Shown here: piece after piece, positions 1 to 13,347 of the stretch
Numbering within the stretch: position 1 is the stretch's first letter
Layout of the letters: each line of letters begins with the position of its first letter
NCBI RefSeq assembly: GCF_009914755.1
Contig: NC_060947.1
Origin: the human T2T-CHM13v2.0 reference genome, Homo sapiens
DNA: 64,000 bases
Direction: 5' to 3' (one strand)
Translations under genes and position numbers: made by a program
The notes under the pieces: generated by a model
The model's database searches: none
What the model saw: only the letters and a program-made list of their open reading frames with translations
What the model was told of the DNA's origin: nothing

Positions 1-99
1 TCTCTTCCCATTCTCTCTCATTTCTTTTTGTCAACTCCATTTTCTGTGTTCCAACCACACTTCTGCCCACATTTCCTCAAACGTCACAATCCCACTGCT

Positions 100-435
100 A
101 TATTAGGAGTTTTGTCTTTGCCATTTCTGTTCCTTTGTTCTTGCATGCTCTTCCCAGCAGCTATCAACATCGTGTGCTTTCTCACTTCCTTCAAAATATA
201 ACATTTTCAGAGAGGTATTCCCAAACTACTTTCTACAAAAGTTCTCTGTGACTTGCCACTCTCAATATTGTGGATTTTCTTTCCAATTATTACGGTTACC
301 TGAATAAAGACATATTCATTTGTTCATTACCATTCTTCCCCTACTAGAACGTGAATTTCATAAAAGATGAGCTTTATTTGTTCTGCATGGTGTAGTATCT
401 CAAATGCTTAGGAGTGTGCTCCACCTATAGAATAG
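100..435 (+). mobile_element. L2 LINE 3' end, highly diverged
   Basis: ctactagaacgtgaatttcat...gtagtatctcaaatgcttaggagtgtg resembles the L2 3' terminus; start is approximate. Confidence 0.6.
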
Positions 436-437
436 TA

Positions 438-473
438 TTATTGTTGGTGCAAAAGTAATTGCGGTTTTTTTGC
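438..473 (+). mobile_element. Half MADE1 (Hsmar1/mariner TIR)
   Basis: gttggtgcaaaagtaattgcggttttt preceded by TA; the second half of the palindrome is missing. Confidence 0.85.
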
Positions 474-790
474 AAAAAAAAAAAATATGGAACCAGCCCA
501 AATGCCCACCAATCAATGAGTGGATAAAGCAACTGTGTTGTATATTTATACAATGAAATACTACTCAGCCATAAAAACCAATGAGTTAATGGTATTTTCA
601 GCAACCTGGATGGAACTGGAGACTATTATTCTAAGTAACTCAGTAATGGAAAACCAAACATCATATGTTCTCACTCACAAGTAGGAGCTAAGCTATGAGG
701 AGGCAAAGGCATAAGAATGATAGAATGAACTTTGGGGGCTTGACGGAAAGAGTGGGAGGGGGTGAGGGATTAAAAAACTACAAATTTGGT
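474..790 (+). mobile_element. L1PB-type ORF2 end/3'UTR fragment
   Basis: aatatggaaccagcccaaatgccc...gagctaagctatgagga...ggcataagaatga; truncated at the satellite. Confidence 0.9.
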
Positions 791-2570
791 TCTGCACAGG
801 AGAGAAACAGGAAGTGTGTCCTGCACAGGGAAGACAGGAGGTGTGTTGCACACAACGGAGGAACAGAATGTGTGTGCTGCACAGGGGAGAAACAGGAAGT
901 GTGTCATGTACAGGGGAGGAATGGAAAGTGTGTCCTGCACAGAGGAGAAACAGGAAGTATCTTTGTCTCAGGAGAATAACAGGAAGAGTGTCCTGCACAA
1001 GGAAGACACAGGAAGTGTGTCAAGAAGAGGGGCAACAAAGGAAGTGTGTCAAGAAGAGGGGCAACAAAGGAAGCGTGTCCTGCAAAGAGGAGGAACAGAA
1101 AGTGTGGCCTACACAAGAGCAGGAGCAGAAAGTGTGTCCTGCACAGGGGAGACACAGGAAGTGTATGCTGCACAGAAGAGGAACAGAAAGTGTGTCTGTC
1201 TCAGGAGGGTAACAAGAAGTGTTTCCTGCATAGGGAAGAAACAGAAAGTGTGTCATGCACATGGCAGTAACAGAAAGTGTGTCATGCACAGAAGAGGAGT
1301 GGAAAGTGTGTGCTACACAAGAAAGAAGCAGGAAGTGTGTCATCTACAGGGAAGAACAGGAAGTGTGTCATGAACAGAAGAGACACAGAAAGTGTGTCCT
1401 GCACAGTAGAGAAGCAGGAAGTGTGTCATGAACAGAGGAGAAACAGAAAGTGTGTGCTACACTGAGAAACAACAGAAGGAGTGTCATTCACAGAGGAGGC
1501 ACAGGAAGTGTGTCTTGCACAGGGGAGAAACAGAAAATGTGTCATGCACAGAGGAGGAATGGAAAGCATGTGCTACACAGGGGAGAAACAGGAAGGATGT
1601 CATGCACAGGAGAGACAAAGGAAGTGTGTCCTTCACAGCGGAGAAACAGGAAGTGTGTCACGCACAGAGGAGGAACAGAAAGTGTGTCCTGCACTGGAAA
1701 AAAAACAGGAAGTGTGTTCTGCACAGGGGAGAAACAAGAAGTGTGTCCTGCATACCGGAAGAACAGAAAGTGTGTACTGCACAGGGAAGAAACAGGAAGT
1801 ATGTCCTCCACATGGAAAAAACAGGAAGTGTGTCATGCACATTGGAGTAAACAGAAAATGTGTCATGTACAGAAGAGGAATGGAAAGTATGTGCTACACA
1901 GAAAAGAAAGAAAAAGTCAGTCCCCCACACGGAAGAAACTGGAAATGTGTCATGCACAGGAGATACACAGGAAGTGTGTCATGCACAGAGGAGTAACAAA
2001 AAGTGTGTGCTACACTGAGAAGAAACAGGAAGGGTATCTTTCACAGGGGAGGCACAAGAAGTCTGTCTTGCACAGAGAAGAACCAGGAAGTGTGTCATGC
2101 ACAGAAGTGAAACAGGAAGTGTGTCATGCACAGAGGAGGAAGAGAAAGTGTGTACTAAACAGAGGAGAAACACGAAGGGTGTAATTCACAGGGGAGGCAC
2201 AGGAAGTGTGTTTTGTCCAGGAAAGAAACAGGAAGTGTGTCATGCACAGAGGAGAAACAGGAAGTGTGTCTTGTGCAGAAAAGGAACGGAATGTGTGTCT
2301 TGCGCAGGAAAAGTAGGAGGTGTGTCCTTCACAGGAAAGAAACAGGAAGTGTGTTCTGCACAGTGTAGAGACAGGAAGTGTGTCATCCACAGAGGAGAAA
2401 CGGGTGAGTGCTACACTAAGAAGAAACAGGAAAGGTGTCATTGACAGGGAGGTACAGGAAGTGTGTCTTACACAGGGAAAAACAGGAAGTGTGTCATACA
2501 CAGAGGAGAAACAGGAAGTGCGTCCTGCTCAGGGAAGAAACAGGAAGTTTGTCATGCATAGGAGAGACCC
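791..2570 (+). repeat. Diverged 29-bp tandem satellite, ~60 copies, consensus ~CTGCACAGAGGAGAAACAGGAAGTGTGTC
   Basis: acaggaagt recurs at 29-bp spacing (2199, 2228, 2257; 2482, 2511, 2540); exact unit duplication 1011-1039/1040-1068. Confidence 0.95.
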
Positions 2571-2582
2571 AGGAATTGTCAA

Positions 2583-2860
2583 AAGAATGCAACCATTTGT
2601 CTCTCACCTACCTGTGACTTGGAAGCCCCCTTCTGCTTTGAGTTGTCCCCACCTTTCTGGACAGAACTAATGTACTTCTTACATGCATTGATTGATATCT
2701 CCTGTCTCCCTAAAATGTATAAAACCAAGCTGTGCCCTGACCACCTTGGGCACATGTTGTCAGGACTTCCTGAGGCTGTGTCACAGGCACGCTTCCTCAA
2801 CTGTGGCAAAATAAGCTTTCTAAATTAACTGAGACCTGTCTCAGATTTTCAGGGATCACA
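2583..2860 (+). mobile_element. MER4A-type ERV1 LTR, 3' part
   Basis: cctaaaatgtataaaaccaagctgtgccctgaccaccttgggcacatg...gagacctgtctcagat...tcaca end. Confidence 0.85.
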
Positions 2861-3311
2861 TGACCATCTGATTGTTGGGTACAAGTCCAATCTGTGCTAT
2901 AACCAGAACTGGCAGAAACATCCCCATTGCTAAGGCATGCACTTGGTGCCCAACATTTTAGTTAAGCTTTCAAATACCACTCATTCTGAGCCCTATCACC
3001 TCACTATGTGTCTTTCCCTCCCTGTTCTACGTTGGACTTGGTGAGGACATTGCCCTGGCATCCATGGTCATCTAAGACCATTGAGAGGGGGTACCTCAAA
3101 GGCAAGAAGAAGGTTCCTGAGTCAGCCGAGTCAGACCCATCTTCCTAAAGGCAACTTCATTTTCCATCTTCTCTCTTCTCCCCACCCATGCCTTCTTGCT
3201 CTCTGCTTTATCCACTGGAGGGTGTATCTCTTGTGCTGTTTCTCACTACCAACACTGTTCTTTATCACTTTTTTAGTTACTCTGGCTGTCTGTTTTTAAT
3301 AGTCTATGTAA

Positions 3312-3607
3312 GACCATGCATGGTGGCTCATGCCGGTAATATCAGCACTTTGGGAGGCTGAGGTGGGAGGATTGCTTCGACTCAGGTGTTTGATACCAGT
3401 TGGAGCAATAAAGTGAGACCCCATCTCTACAACAAATAAACAAAAGTTGGCCAGGCGTTGTGGCACAAGACTGTAGCTCTAGCTACTCGGGGGGCTAAGG
3501 TGCGAGGATCACATGAGCCTGGGAGATTGAAACTGCAGTGAGCTGTGATTGCACCACTGCACTCCAGCCTGGGTGACAGAGCAAGACTTTGTCTCTTAAA
3601 AAAAAAA
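3312..3607 (+). mobile_element. AluJ, full length
   Basis: Dimeric Alu with ggaggattgctt, A tail and decayed TSD agtctatgta/agtctacata. Confidence 0.95.
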
Positions 3608-5044
3608 GTCTACATAGATTCCTGATATTATTGCAGTGACCAAATTGATTGCTTAAGCCAGAAAATTGAACCAGTCACTGAAATTATTGTAAAGTTTATT
3701 TCATATATGAGCACAACAATCTTAAAGGAAAACCAGCAAAATGAAAGGTGTGTCTTTGTTTAACCTCTTTAGTTTCATTGTTAAAATCACCTTTATACAT
3801 GAAAGATTCAGATCTTATACTGCAGGGCATTGTTTGTGTGAGTGACAGTGACTAAAAGTTGCTTCATTTTCAAAAGGAAAAACAAAACCTTTATCCACAT
3901 ACAAGTTAGAATAAGCTGGCCAAACATGGTACTGTTGATAACATAAATCTTTACCTTCTCCCTTGTTTTGGATAATAGGTTTTACATTATTTTAAGAGCA
4001 AAACATGTTCGTTTTGCCTTTACTACAAAACCAATTTGCTTTACAACATTTGCTAAATAGTCTGAAGCAAGTACAACTTGCTAAGTTAGCTCATTTACTG
4101 AGATTGAGTGTTCTGGTGGCATTTGCCAATGTTTTTGTGCCCATTTTATACCTGACAGGTGATGTGAATTTCAAAAAGCTCCTGAGTGGTTCATAATGAG
4201 GGGTTTAATAAAAGTAGTATACTGAAATCATCGCTAATTCAAAACTTGCCTAAAATTAAGTCATAAAATTTGAATTAACAAGTATGTAGATGAAAGCAAT
4301 AAAATATATGGATATTTCTTTGAATGTTTATAGCATATTATAAATCATTTTCTCTTCACCTTAAGAATATGAAGAGAATAAAATATGAAAAGAATTTGAA
4401 TGATGTTATCACGTCAAAGACAAAGAAGCCAGCGGAGTGTATTTTCAGGAAGTTATTAATACAATGTGTTGATGTATGTGCTTCCTTTCAAAGACTAATA
4501 TTCTTTATATCATTTCTATGTGTTTGATTGTTGTTTATTTATCTAGATCAATAGATTATTTTTTCTTGAACAATGTTGACATGAAATATTAGCGATTGTT
4601 ATGGGGTGCTAACTTTGAACCAGGTTCTGAAAAATAAGTACTTGAGTGAATGTCACATGTCAGCTTACCAAGGAGCTACCGACAGCTTCCATTCATGGGA
4701 AAACCCAAGATGGGTTTCCAGAAATTACTACAAGATGTTGGGAAGCAAAAAAAAACACTTCTACCATTAGGATGTTTGACAAGTCCTGCTAAATGTGGCT
4801 ATCTTAATTTGTATGCCTCTGAATTTTGTGGATTTCTTTCTCAATATCTTGTAGACCACTGAACCTTCAAAAACACTGCTCAAGTTCGCTATATCTGTAC
4901 CACTCTTATCTTATTTTCTTTTATATAGTCTTGCTTTGAGTTTTTGCATGTGCTTGGTTGAGGCAGAGGGGAAAAGAAAATAAAAAAATAATAATTTCTA
5001 ACCCTTAGTATTAATTCTTGTATCTATTTCTTAGAAAAAAATAT

Positions 5045-5181
5045 ATCAATCAATCATCTATCTTACCTGTCTGTCATCTATCTATCATCTATCTGTCTGC
5101 CTATCTGTCTATCTATCTATGTATCTATCTATCTATCTATTTATCTATCATCTATCTATCTATCTACCTATCTATGTATAT
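5045..5181. repeat. (TATC)n microsatellite, imperfect
   Basis: Direct inspection. Confidence 0.95.
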
Positions 5182-5689
5182 CAGTTACAGGCAAAATTTG
5201 TATCCCAAATAAAAGAAAATTATAAATAACAAAATTCATTAAAAGTGGTGGTGATAAAGAATGCTTACATAAGATAATATATATTTCCCATTTTCTTGCA
5301 TATTTATAGATGTTTGGTGAATAAAGGTTATCACTAGTTTATGTGGAACTTTATTTTACATACATTAAGATGCAAAATAAAAATTCCAAATAGCTTGTCC
5401 AAGAAAATCTCTAGTTTATTATTACATCTGATACTCTTTATTTCCATACCTTTCCAGATACTATGAGTAGGAGACCATGGAAAGATAATATCTTAATAGC
5501 GTCTGGTGCCGTTCCTCAAACAGCAGAAAACAAATATAAAATAAAAATTTGGATGTGGACTTTCACTTTTTCCATGAAGGAGTAATGAGATGAATTTATT
5601 CCACCACCACCACCACCTCAAGGTATAACTACATAACTAAACAGATAGGATGGCAACAGTTGCACAAAGACCAGAAGGGAATAACTGAA

Positions 5690-7660
5690 AAACAGTTTTT
5701 GTTTTAGTATCAGAAGTTTTGAGCTTCTGATACTAAAAGTGAAGTAGTATGATATCATTTGAAACTAGACTGTGATAAGAAAAAAAAAAGTGTACCCGTA
5801 AACTCTAAAGCAGTCACAATAGTAATACAGAAAATAATTAAAACCAATAAACCAACACAATTAACCAGAATGGAATCATAAAAACACCGAATCCAAAGGA
5901 AGGCAGAAAAGAGAGAGAAAATAAACCATGAACAGATGGGACAAATAAAAAATAAATAACAAGATGGCAGTTTGAAACACAACCATATCAATAGTCACAT
6001 TAAATGTAAATGAACCAAATGCCCAAATTGAAATTCAGAGATGGTCATGTTGAATAAAATATACATGACTCAACTCTATGCTGCCTCCAAGAAACTCACT
6101 TGCAAGTAGACATTTGTAGAACATTCCATCTAGCAAAATTGATCATTAGATTTTAACAAAGTGAAAAACGTCTACTTTTTTTGTAAGACACTGTTAAGAC
6201 AATGAAAGCACATGCTACAGGTTGAGAGAAAATATAGGAAAATCACATGTGATGAAAGATTTTTATACAGAATATATAAATAACTCTAGAAAAATAATAA
6301 GAAAATAAGCAACCCAATTAAAAAGTTGGTTAAAGCATTTGAGCAGACACAGGAAAGTTATGCTAATGGAAAATAAGCACAAGAAAAGATTCTGAACATC
6401 ATAGTCATTAGGGAAATTCTGTTGAAACCACATGAAATACCACTATACATATATTTTACTTTTTAAGAAAAAAGTCTGATTATAGCAAGTTTGTGAAGAT
6501 ATGGAGGAACTTGAACACTCACACATCCTTGATAAGAATGTAAAACAGTGAAACAACTTTGGAAAACAATTTTAGCTTCTTTAAAACAGGGGTCCTCCAT
6601 CCCCCAGCCAGTACCAGTCCTTGGCCTGTTAGGAACTCAGCCACACAGCAGGTGAGCGACTGGTGAATGAGCAGAGCTTCATCTATATTTACAGCCACTC
6701 CCCATTGCTCACATTACTTCCTGAGCTCCACCTCCTGTCAGATCAGCAGCAGCATTAGATTCTCAAAGGAGCATGAGCCCTATTGTGAACTGCACCTGTG
6801 AAGGATCTAGGTTGTGTGCTCCTTATGAGAATTTAATTCCTGATGATCTGTGACTGTCTCCCATCACCCAGAGATGGAACCATCTAGTTGCAGGAAAACA
6901 AGCTCAGGGCTCCCACTGATTCTACATTATAGTGAGTTGTAGAATTATTTCATTCTATATTACAATGTAGTAATCATAGAACTAAAGTGCACAATCAATG
7001 TAATGTGCTTGAATCCTCCTGAAACCATCCCCCTCCTCTCCCTACCCTTGTCCATGGAAAAATTGTCTTCCACAAAACCAGTCCCTGGTGCCAAAAAGAT
7101 TGGGGACTGTTACTTTAAAAGTTAATGATATACCTGATTTATAACTCAGACATTTTAATCATGGGTATTTATCCAAAATATATAGAAGCACTTACCCAAA
7201 CAAAGGCACGTATACAAATGTAAATAACAGCTTTATTTTTATTAGCAAAAATCTGGAGACAAACTGAACCTCCATCAAGAGTTGAATGGATAAACAAATT
7301 TTCATGAGTACATACAGTGAAATACAGTCCAGAAATTAAAAAGAATAAACTATTGATACATAAAACAACACCAATGAACCTTGAAATAATTTTATTGACT
7401 AACGCAAGAAAATAAAAAAGAATGTATAACACATCATGGCATTTATGTAAAATTCTAGAAAGTAAAATCTGTAGTGACAGGAAGCACATCAGTGTTGCCT
7501 GTGTTTGAAGACGGAAAAGGGAGAGGGAAAAATTTCAAGGGAACATAAGAAAATTTGGGGAATTAATGGATATGTTTATTTTATTGATAGTGGTGAAGTG
7601 TCAAAGTGTATTGAAGTGCAGACTTTAAACACCCATCCAGTTGATTGTGCCTCAGTGATA
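5690..7660 (+). mobile_element. Old L1M (MC/ME-like) fragments, interrupted by MER1A
   Basis: A-rich strand with L1 motifs caactctatgctgcctccaagaaactcactt, aacaactttggaaaaca, gaatggataaacaaa; boundaries approximate. Confidence 0.75.
6587..7112 (+). mobile_element. MER1A hAT-Charlie element, full length
   Basis: caggggtc...ttggggactgtta; perfect 8-bp TSD ctttaaaa (6579-6586, 7113-7120). Confidence 0.95.
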
Positions 7661-8679
7661 TAACTGAAAAATATAGTAGGTTCTGCATGATTACTTAGAA
7701 GGTGCTTGGAAAAAAGACATTTATACCCAACTCGACAAACATAATTACTGTTTGGGACAGTAATTCGGATACATTATCCTTTTTTCATTAGAGAATTTGT
7801 GTTATCACAAATAAAAATATTTCATCATAAAATATTTAATTAGATACTATAAAGAGACACCATTGGTTTAACAATTCAATTCAAAATTAGCTGATGTTCC
7901 AGAATTCTCACTTCCTTTCTCCCAGCCAAGGTTACCCCAGTTGTAATTCCTGAAGCTGAACTTAAGTGACCATGCAAACATTCAGAAGAATGTCAGGATG
8001 GAGTTTGGGTTTTAATTAACTAAGAACCCTGAATGGAGATGGGAAACTTACTATGAGTATCTGAGAAGAGAAACTGAAAGCAGGAATGGAGAAAGCTTTC
8101 ATCAGAGTTTAGAAATCTTCTTCCCTGTGTGATTCAGGAAAATGCTAAGTTGGTTTGACCCTCAACATGTGTCATCCCACATTGAGTGAAAACTCCATCT
8201 AAAAGTTGTCTGAAGCTTCTGGAGTCCAGGATTCCTGACAGAACTTGAGACCTGTAAATCCAACCATCTGGGGCTTTTGGGGAAATCTCATGAAGGTGGA
8301 AGGGGTAGCTGACTTTCCAATGTTGTTGGCAATGGAATCATATGGGCCACCAATATGGATTTCAAGGGGAAACAAAGATCAAAGAGATTTAAACCTTCTG
8401 ATTGGCTTTTATCTTGGCAAAACATTAGGTTATAAATGTGCTCAGAGACCAAACCTCAGTATATTTGTACATTGAAGATGGATACAGGGAACAAAAGCTA
8501 CATACTTTTAAACAACATATTTGGTGAGTTTTTAGTTATGTAATTACCATACAAATAAACAGAAGGTGATATATAATTGAAGAGAAGGCATAATACAATT
8601 TTGACAGGTGGCTGCATAAGTAACTCGTTTATGGAAGAACATTTTAATAATCAAACTCTCTGCATCAGTTTTTCCATTT

Positions 8680-9097
8680 TTTTTCAACTTTTGTTTTAGA
8701 TTCAGGGGGTACATGAATTACCCCAGGTTTGTTACATAAATATGTTACATGATGCTGAGGTTTTGGGTACAATTGTACTGAGCAGAGTGGCCAATAGTTA
8801 GTTTTTCAGCCCTTGGCCCCCACCCTGCAGTTTCTATTGTCTCCATCTTTACGTCCATAAGTACTTAATGTTTAGCTCTCACTTATAAGTGAGAACACGC
8901 GGTATTTGATTTTCTGTTTCTGCATTAATTTGCTTAGGATAATGGCCTCTAGCTCCATCTGTGTTGCTGCAAAGGACATAATTTTATTCCTTTTTATGGC
9001 TGCATAGTATTCCATGGTGTATATGTGCCACATTTTCTTTATCCAATCCACTGTTGATGGGCACCTAGGTTGATTACATATTTTTACTATTGTGAAT
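8680..9097 (-). mobile_element. L1PA (PA13-16-like) 3' end
   Basis: ttttagattcagggggtacatg...cacttataagtgagaac...ttccatggtgtatatgtgccacattttc. Confidence 0.9.
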
Positions 9098-9186
9098 CAA
9101 TTTCTCTAATTTTAAAATAATGCTGGTTGATGAGCTTTCAGTCATATAAAAAACAAGTCTGTGCAAGTCTGTGCAGCATGCTTTAA

Positions 9187-9604
<418 letters not shown>

Positions 9605-10114
9605 TTTCATCCTTCTTTGACCAATCATTTTCAGGTCTATGAGGTCACAGTCAACAGTGAATTATCACAAGGTAAGTGAGCAACTTCCAGCTTCAAGAAA
9701 CGTATGGTTTCCAAATTTAGATGCAGAGTGAACATTTTCTAGAGTGAGCATTCTAACAAATGAAGCTTTCTATTATAAATATTATAACAATTTATAGGTA
9801 AATAAGCCTTGAAGGATAATGATGTAAACAAACATCTAAGTATTATGGGAAGTTTTTGATCTGCTTTAGTAACACACTTAGAATCTCAACTTTGCCATAA
9901 CAACACGTGGCATAAGAGTAATGGTTACTTTTTATGACAACTGCTCTATTAATACCCTCTGGCTGCTTCCTTTTCTAAGTAAATAAAAAATAACTAATTC
10001 ATTTGTTTGCATTTTCAAATCTCTTACTTCAGCAACTTCATGCAAAGTCTCTCAGTGAGTACCATTGAATTTTAGGTGCTAAAATATTTTCAAGAGAAAA
10101 GAAATTAAGAAAAC

Positions 10115-10410
10115 GCGGAGGTAATTAACACAGAAAGAGAAAACCAAATACTGGGTGTTCTCACTTATGAGGGAGATGAACATTGGGTACATGGGAACAT
10201 AAATACAGAAATAACACACACTGGGAACTGAAAAATTTCCTATTGGAAAGGGGGCAAGGACTGAAAAATTTTCTATGCAGTACCACGTTCATTATTTGGG
10301 TGACGGGATCAACAGAAGGCTAAATCTCAGCATTATGCAATATACTCTTGTAACACACCTGCACAGGTATCCTCTGAATCTAAAATTAAAAAATACATCA
10401 ATAATAAATA
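10115..10410 (+). mobile_element. L1PB-like 3' end
   Basis: aaaaccaaatactgggtgttctcactta...cctgcacaggtatcctctgaatctaaaatt. Confidence 0.85.
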
Positions 10411-12250
10411 AGAACAAGTCAGAAACAACAAAATTAATTATATAATTTTGTTGATAATGAATTTATGGTGAAGTCATGTAGTTAGTTTTACTTTATAATA
10501 AAATGATACTTTTTCTTCCTAAGAGTGGTAGAGATTTTCAGTTACACTCAAGGGCTTATACCATTTGGGCATACTGACTTCCTTTGAAAAGCAGCCTTAT
10601 GTGTTACTATATGAAATGGATATTTCCAGATTCCTTGAGGGACTTCACCTAAGATTTTCCCCTAGGTATACAATAGTGACTAGATTTTTCCGCCTGTACA
10701 ACACTTCACTTACATGGAATAAGTAGACAATTCAGATTAGTAAAGGTTTAAAATATGCATGGACTCATGAACGTGCCTGACCACATACCTAAGAAAAGAA
10801 GAAGAAAAAGAAAACACAGAAGTTTCTTAACTGAAGACAGTTGGATTGGATTTTCTTTTACTGAGATGAAGGAGGTGATGTTGGGAAGGCATGACATCTC
10901 TTGGGAGGGCAAGTGACAGCTGGGTTTTGTGAATGAAATGGCTTATCTGTCGGCATTGTTGTTTCTCTCTGTATCTACTGTCTAGAGAGCACAAATTCAG
11001 GACCTGCTAAAACGGCCTGCAGAGCAGAGACGTCTCTGAGCCTGTTTTCAGGGGGTCCTCAGAGAGAGCTCATTGAACGGCATTCTTTTTGATAGAAGGC
11101 GAGCGCTGAGGTAATAAGTGGGCAGGACATTTTGAGACGGAAGGAGAGGAAGAAAAAGTCTCTTTACCTCCCGTGCCTGCCTCCACATCTCTAGAGGTGA
11201 AGAGGAGTCTGTTTCTTGATCATAAGCAGGTCTGGGTGGGAGGTCAAAAGAAAGTTGAAATTTGGGAAAATTTCCAAAGGTAAAAGGAAACAAAGTGAAC
11301 TAAAGCTCAAGCTAATGTCTCTATTGCCAAGGACTTACAGAAGGTGTTATATCTAGAGTAGATTGACTTTGAAAGGTGGCTGAGAATGGACTATAAAGAA
11401 GTGGTTTCCCCAAACAATTACCAGCAAGAAGGAAGAACAGATGTTTACACGGAGCAAGAGACAAAGACTATGAGAACAAAATATTTGGCATAGCTATTAT
11501 ATGTTTACAAGAAGAAAAAAAGAAACAGCCTCAGGGAAAGCGTCAACCTTTTTCTTATATCTAGAAGAGTCTGGAATATGAAAGATGGTACTTTGTAATG
11601 TTTTATTTACCTCAAAAATCAACATAAAGGTGTTTGAGAATTCCTTGTATAGCCTCACAACCTTTCTTTGCTTACTCGAGTTTTGCGTCTTTGCAGGTGA
11701 TCAAAGTGCGTGCTCACATGTGGGTGCTCTGTTCCATAGAAAGTTTCCTCTCCTGTAATGCTACCCTGGCAACATCAACGTACACCCCATAGACACCTGT
11801 CACAGAAACTTGAGTCTTGCCTCTGGCCAGTCCTGAGGCACAAACAGCTTTATGAGCAACAGACACTCCACAGACAACTCACCCTTTGACATGACAAAGC
11901 AAGATATTTACTACCGCTTGGTAGACACATGTTTCCACAAGGAAGGTCTATCATTTTAAAGATATCTTGCCAGTTTTTCGTTTCCTTCCACCTGCTTTTA
12001 GAGTTTAAATCAAGTCCAGGAGCAATATAGTCTCAATGCCTGAGGTTTAAAAGGGGCAGGATTTAATCATTGAAAACAATGTCCATTGGCTTATTCCTGG
12101 GGTTTGCTTCATGGTATGTCTCCTACAGCTGGGCATTGTTTTCTGAAACAATCTTTGCACGCTTGTCGCCATCTGTAAAGCAAATTCCGCTTTTGGACCA
12201 GAAGGGACTTATTCAAATGTAAATTGCCACCGACTTCTTCCAGCTTAAAC

Positions 12251-12292
12251 CCTATCCTAAGAAAGAGACCCCCTATCCTAAGAAAGAGACCC
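12251..12292. repeat. Perfect 21-bp tandem duplication
   Basis: cctatcctaagaaagagaccc x2. Confidence 0.95.
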
Positions 12293-12644
12293 CCTAGCCT
12301 GAGTAGAACACGAGAAGCCCCATGATAACTACAAGGATCTTTGTTTCTCTGCAGCTACTTTCCTTTTGCACCTGCTGTCTTTTGGGTTATCTAACATTCC
12401 TTGCACATCCCCTAGGCCTTTGCTACCCCCGGTGGCTCCCATTCATCCTTTCGGTGACTGCTCAGCCAGCCTAGACCAATTCACTCTGTTTGCCCACTCC
12501 CTCTTCTTCATCCACAGCATCTTGCATTTCAGATGCCTCTCGCCAATTTTCTTTTAATTCCATCTGCTTGCTCCATTTCAAATCCCTATCTGCTCCATCA
12601 GCCTCAAAGCTCCTTGAGTCTCGTTTTGTTTAGTTATTTGTCAT

Positions 12645-12835
12645 TTTTTGGAGTCAGACTGCCTAGATGTATCTCTCCCACCATGAACTGTCCATGTGGC
12701 TCTGAGCCGTTACTTAATCTTTTATGCCTCAGTCTTTCATCTGTAAAATGGGGAGGGTATGCCAATTGATTTATTAACTGAGGATTCACTGGAATGATTC
12801 TGGAAAATTGCTCAACACCATGGCCTACCATGGAT
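12645..12835 (+). mobile_element. MIR
   Basis: Core ttacttaatc...tgcctcagtctttcatctgtaaaatgggg. Confidence 0.85.
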
Positions 12836-13191
12836 ATTAACCAATGTAATCCCAGTTCTACAACCTGATATTGAGGGGTAGAGTGAAGAAATTAGTATGT
12901 AATTTTCATGGCTGTAATTAACAAACCACAAAAACATAAAAATGGTCTCTTAATTTCATAGGGCTGATATACATCAATAAAACTTTGAATGAATTCTGAG
13001 GCCACCATAGTTCCAAAATAATGTAAGTCCATTTTATGTGATATATTTATTTATTATGTGATAACAAATATATTATGTATAGAATATTAATAATCTTAAT
13101 ACTTATTATAAATTATACACATTAAAATTTTAATGAAGAATTAAATTAATAATTTATATTATAAACTATAATAAATTGATGTCCCTCTTTT

Positions 13192-13347
13192 TCCTTTTTT
13201 TTCTTTTTCTTTTGAAAGAGACAGTGTCTTTCTCTGTTGTCCAGGCTGGAGTGCAGTGGTGCAATCATAGCTCACTGCAGGTGCATGGCACCACACCCGG
13301 CTAGTTTTTGTGTGTGTAAAGAAGGGGTCTCACTATGTTGCTTAGGC
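13192..13347 (-). mobile_element. AluJ, 5'-truncated and internally deleted
   Basis: ccaggctggagtgcagtggtgcaatcatagctcactgcag joined to gtgcatggcaccacacccggcta; TSD tgatgtc(c/t)ctctttt. Confidence 0.85.

Noticed and set aside
791-2570. CRISPR-like 29-bp periodicity
   Set aside because: Units are head-to-tail with no unique spacers, there are no cas genes, and the context is primate
693-2670. Many overlapping Cys/Arg/Lys-rich ORFs up to 244 aa (RNRKCVLH, TGSVSCT)
   Set aside because: Translations of a stop-poor 29-bp repeat cycling through all frames; not zinc-finger or metallothionein genes
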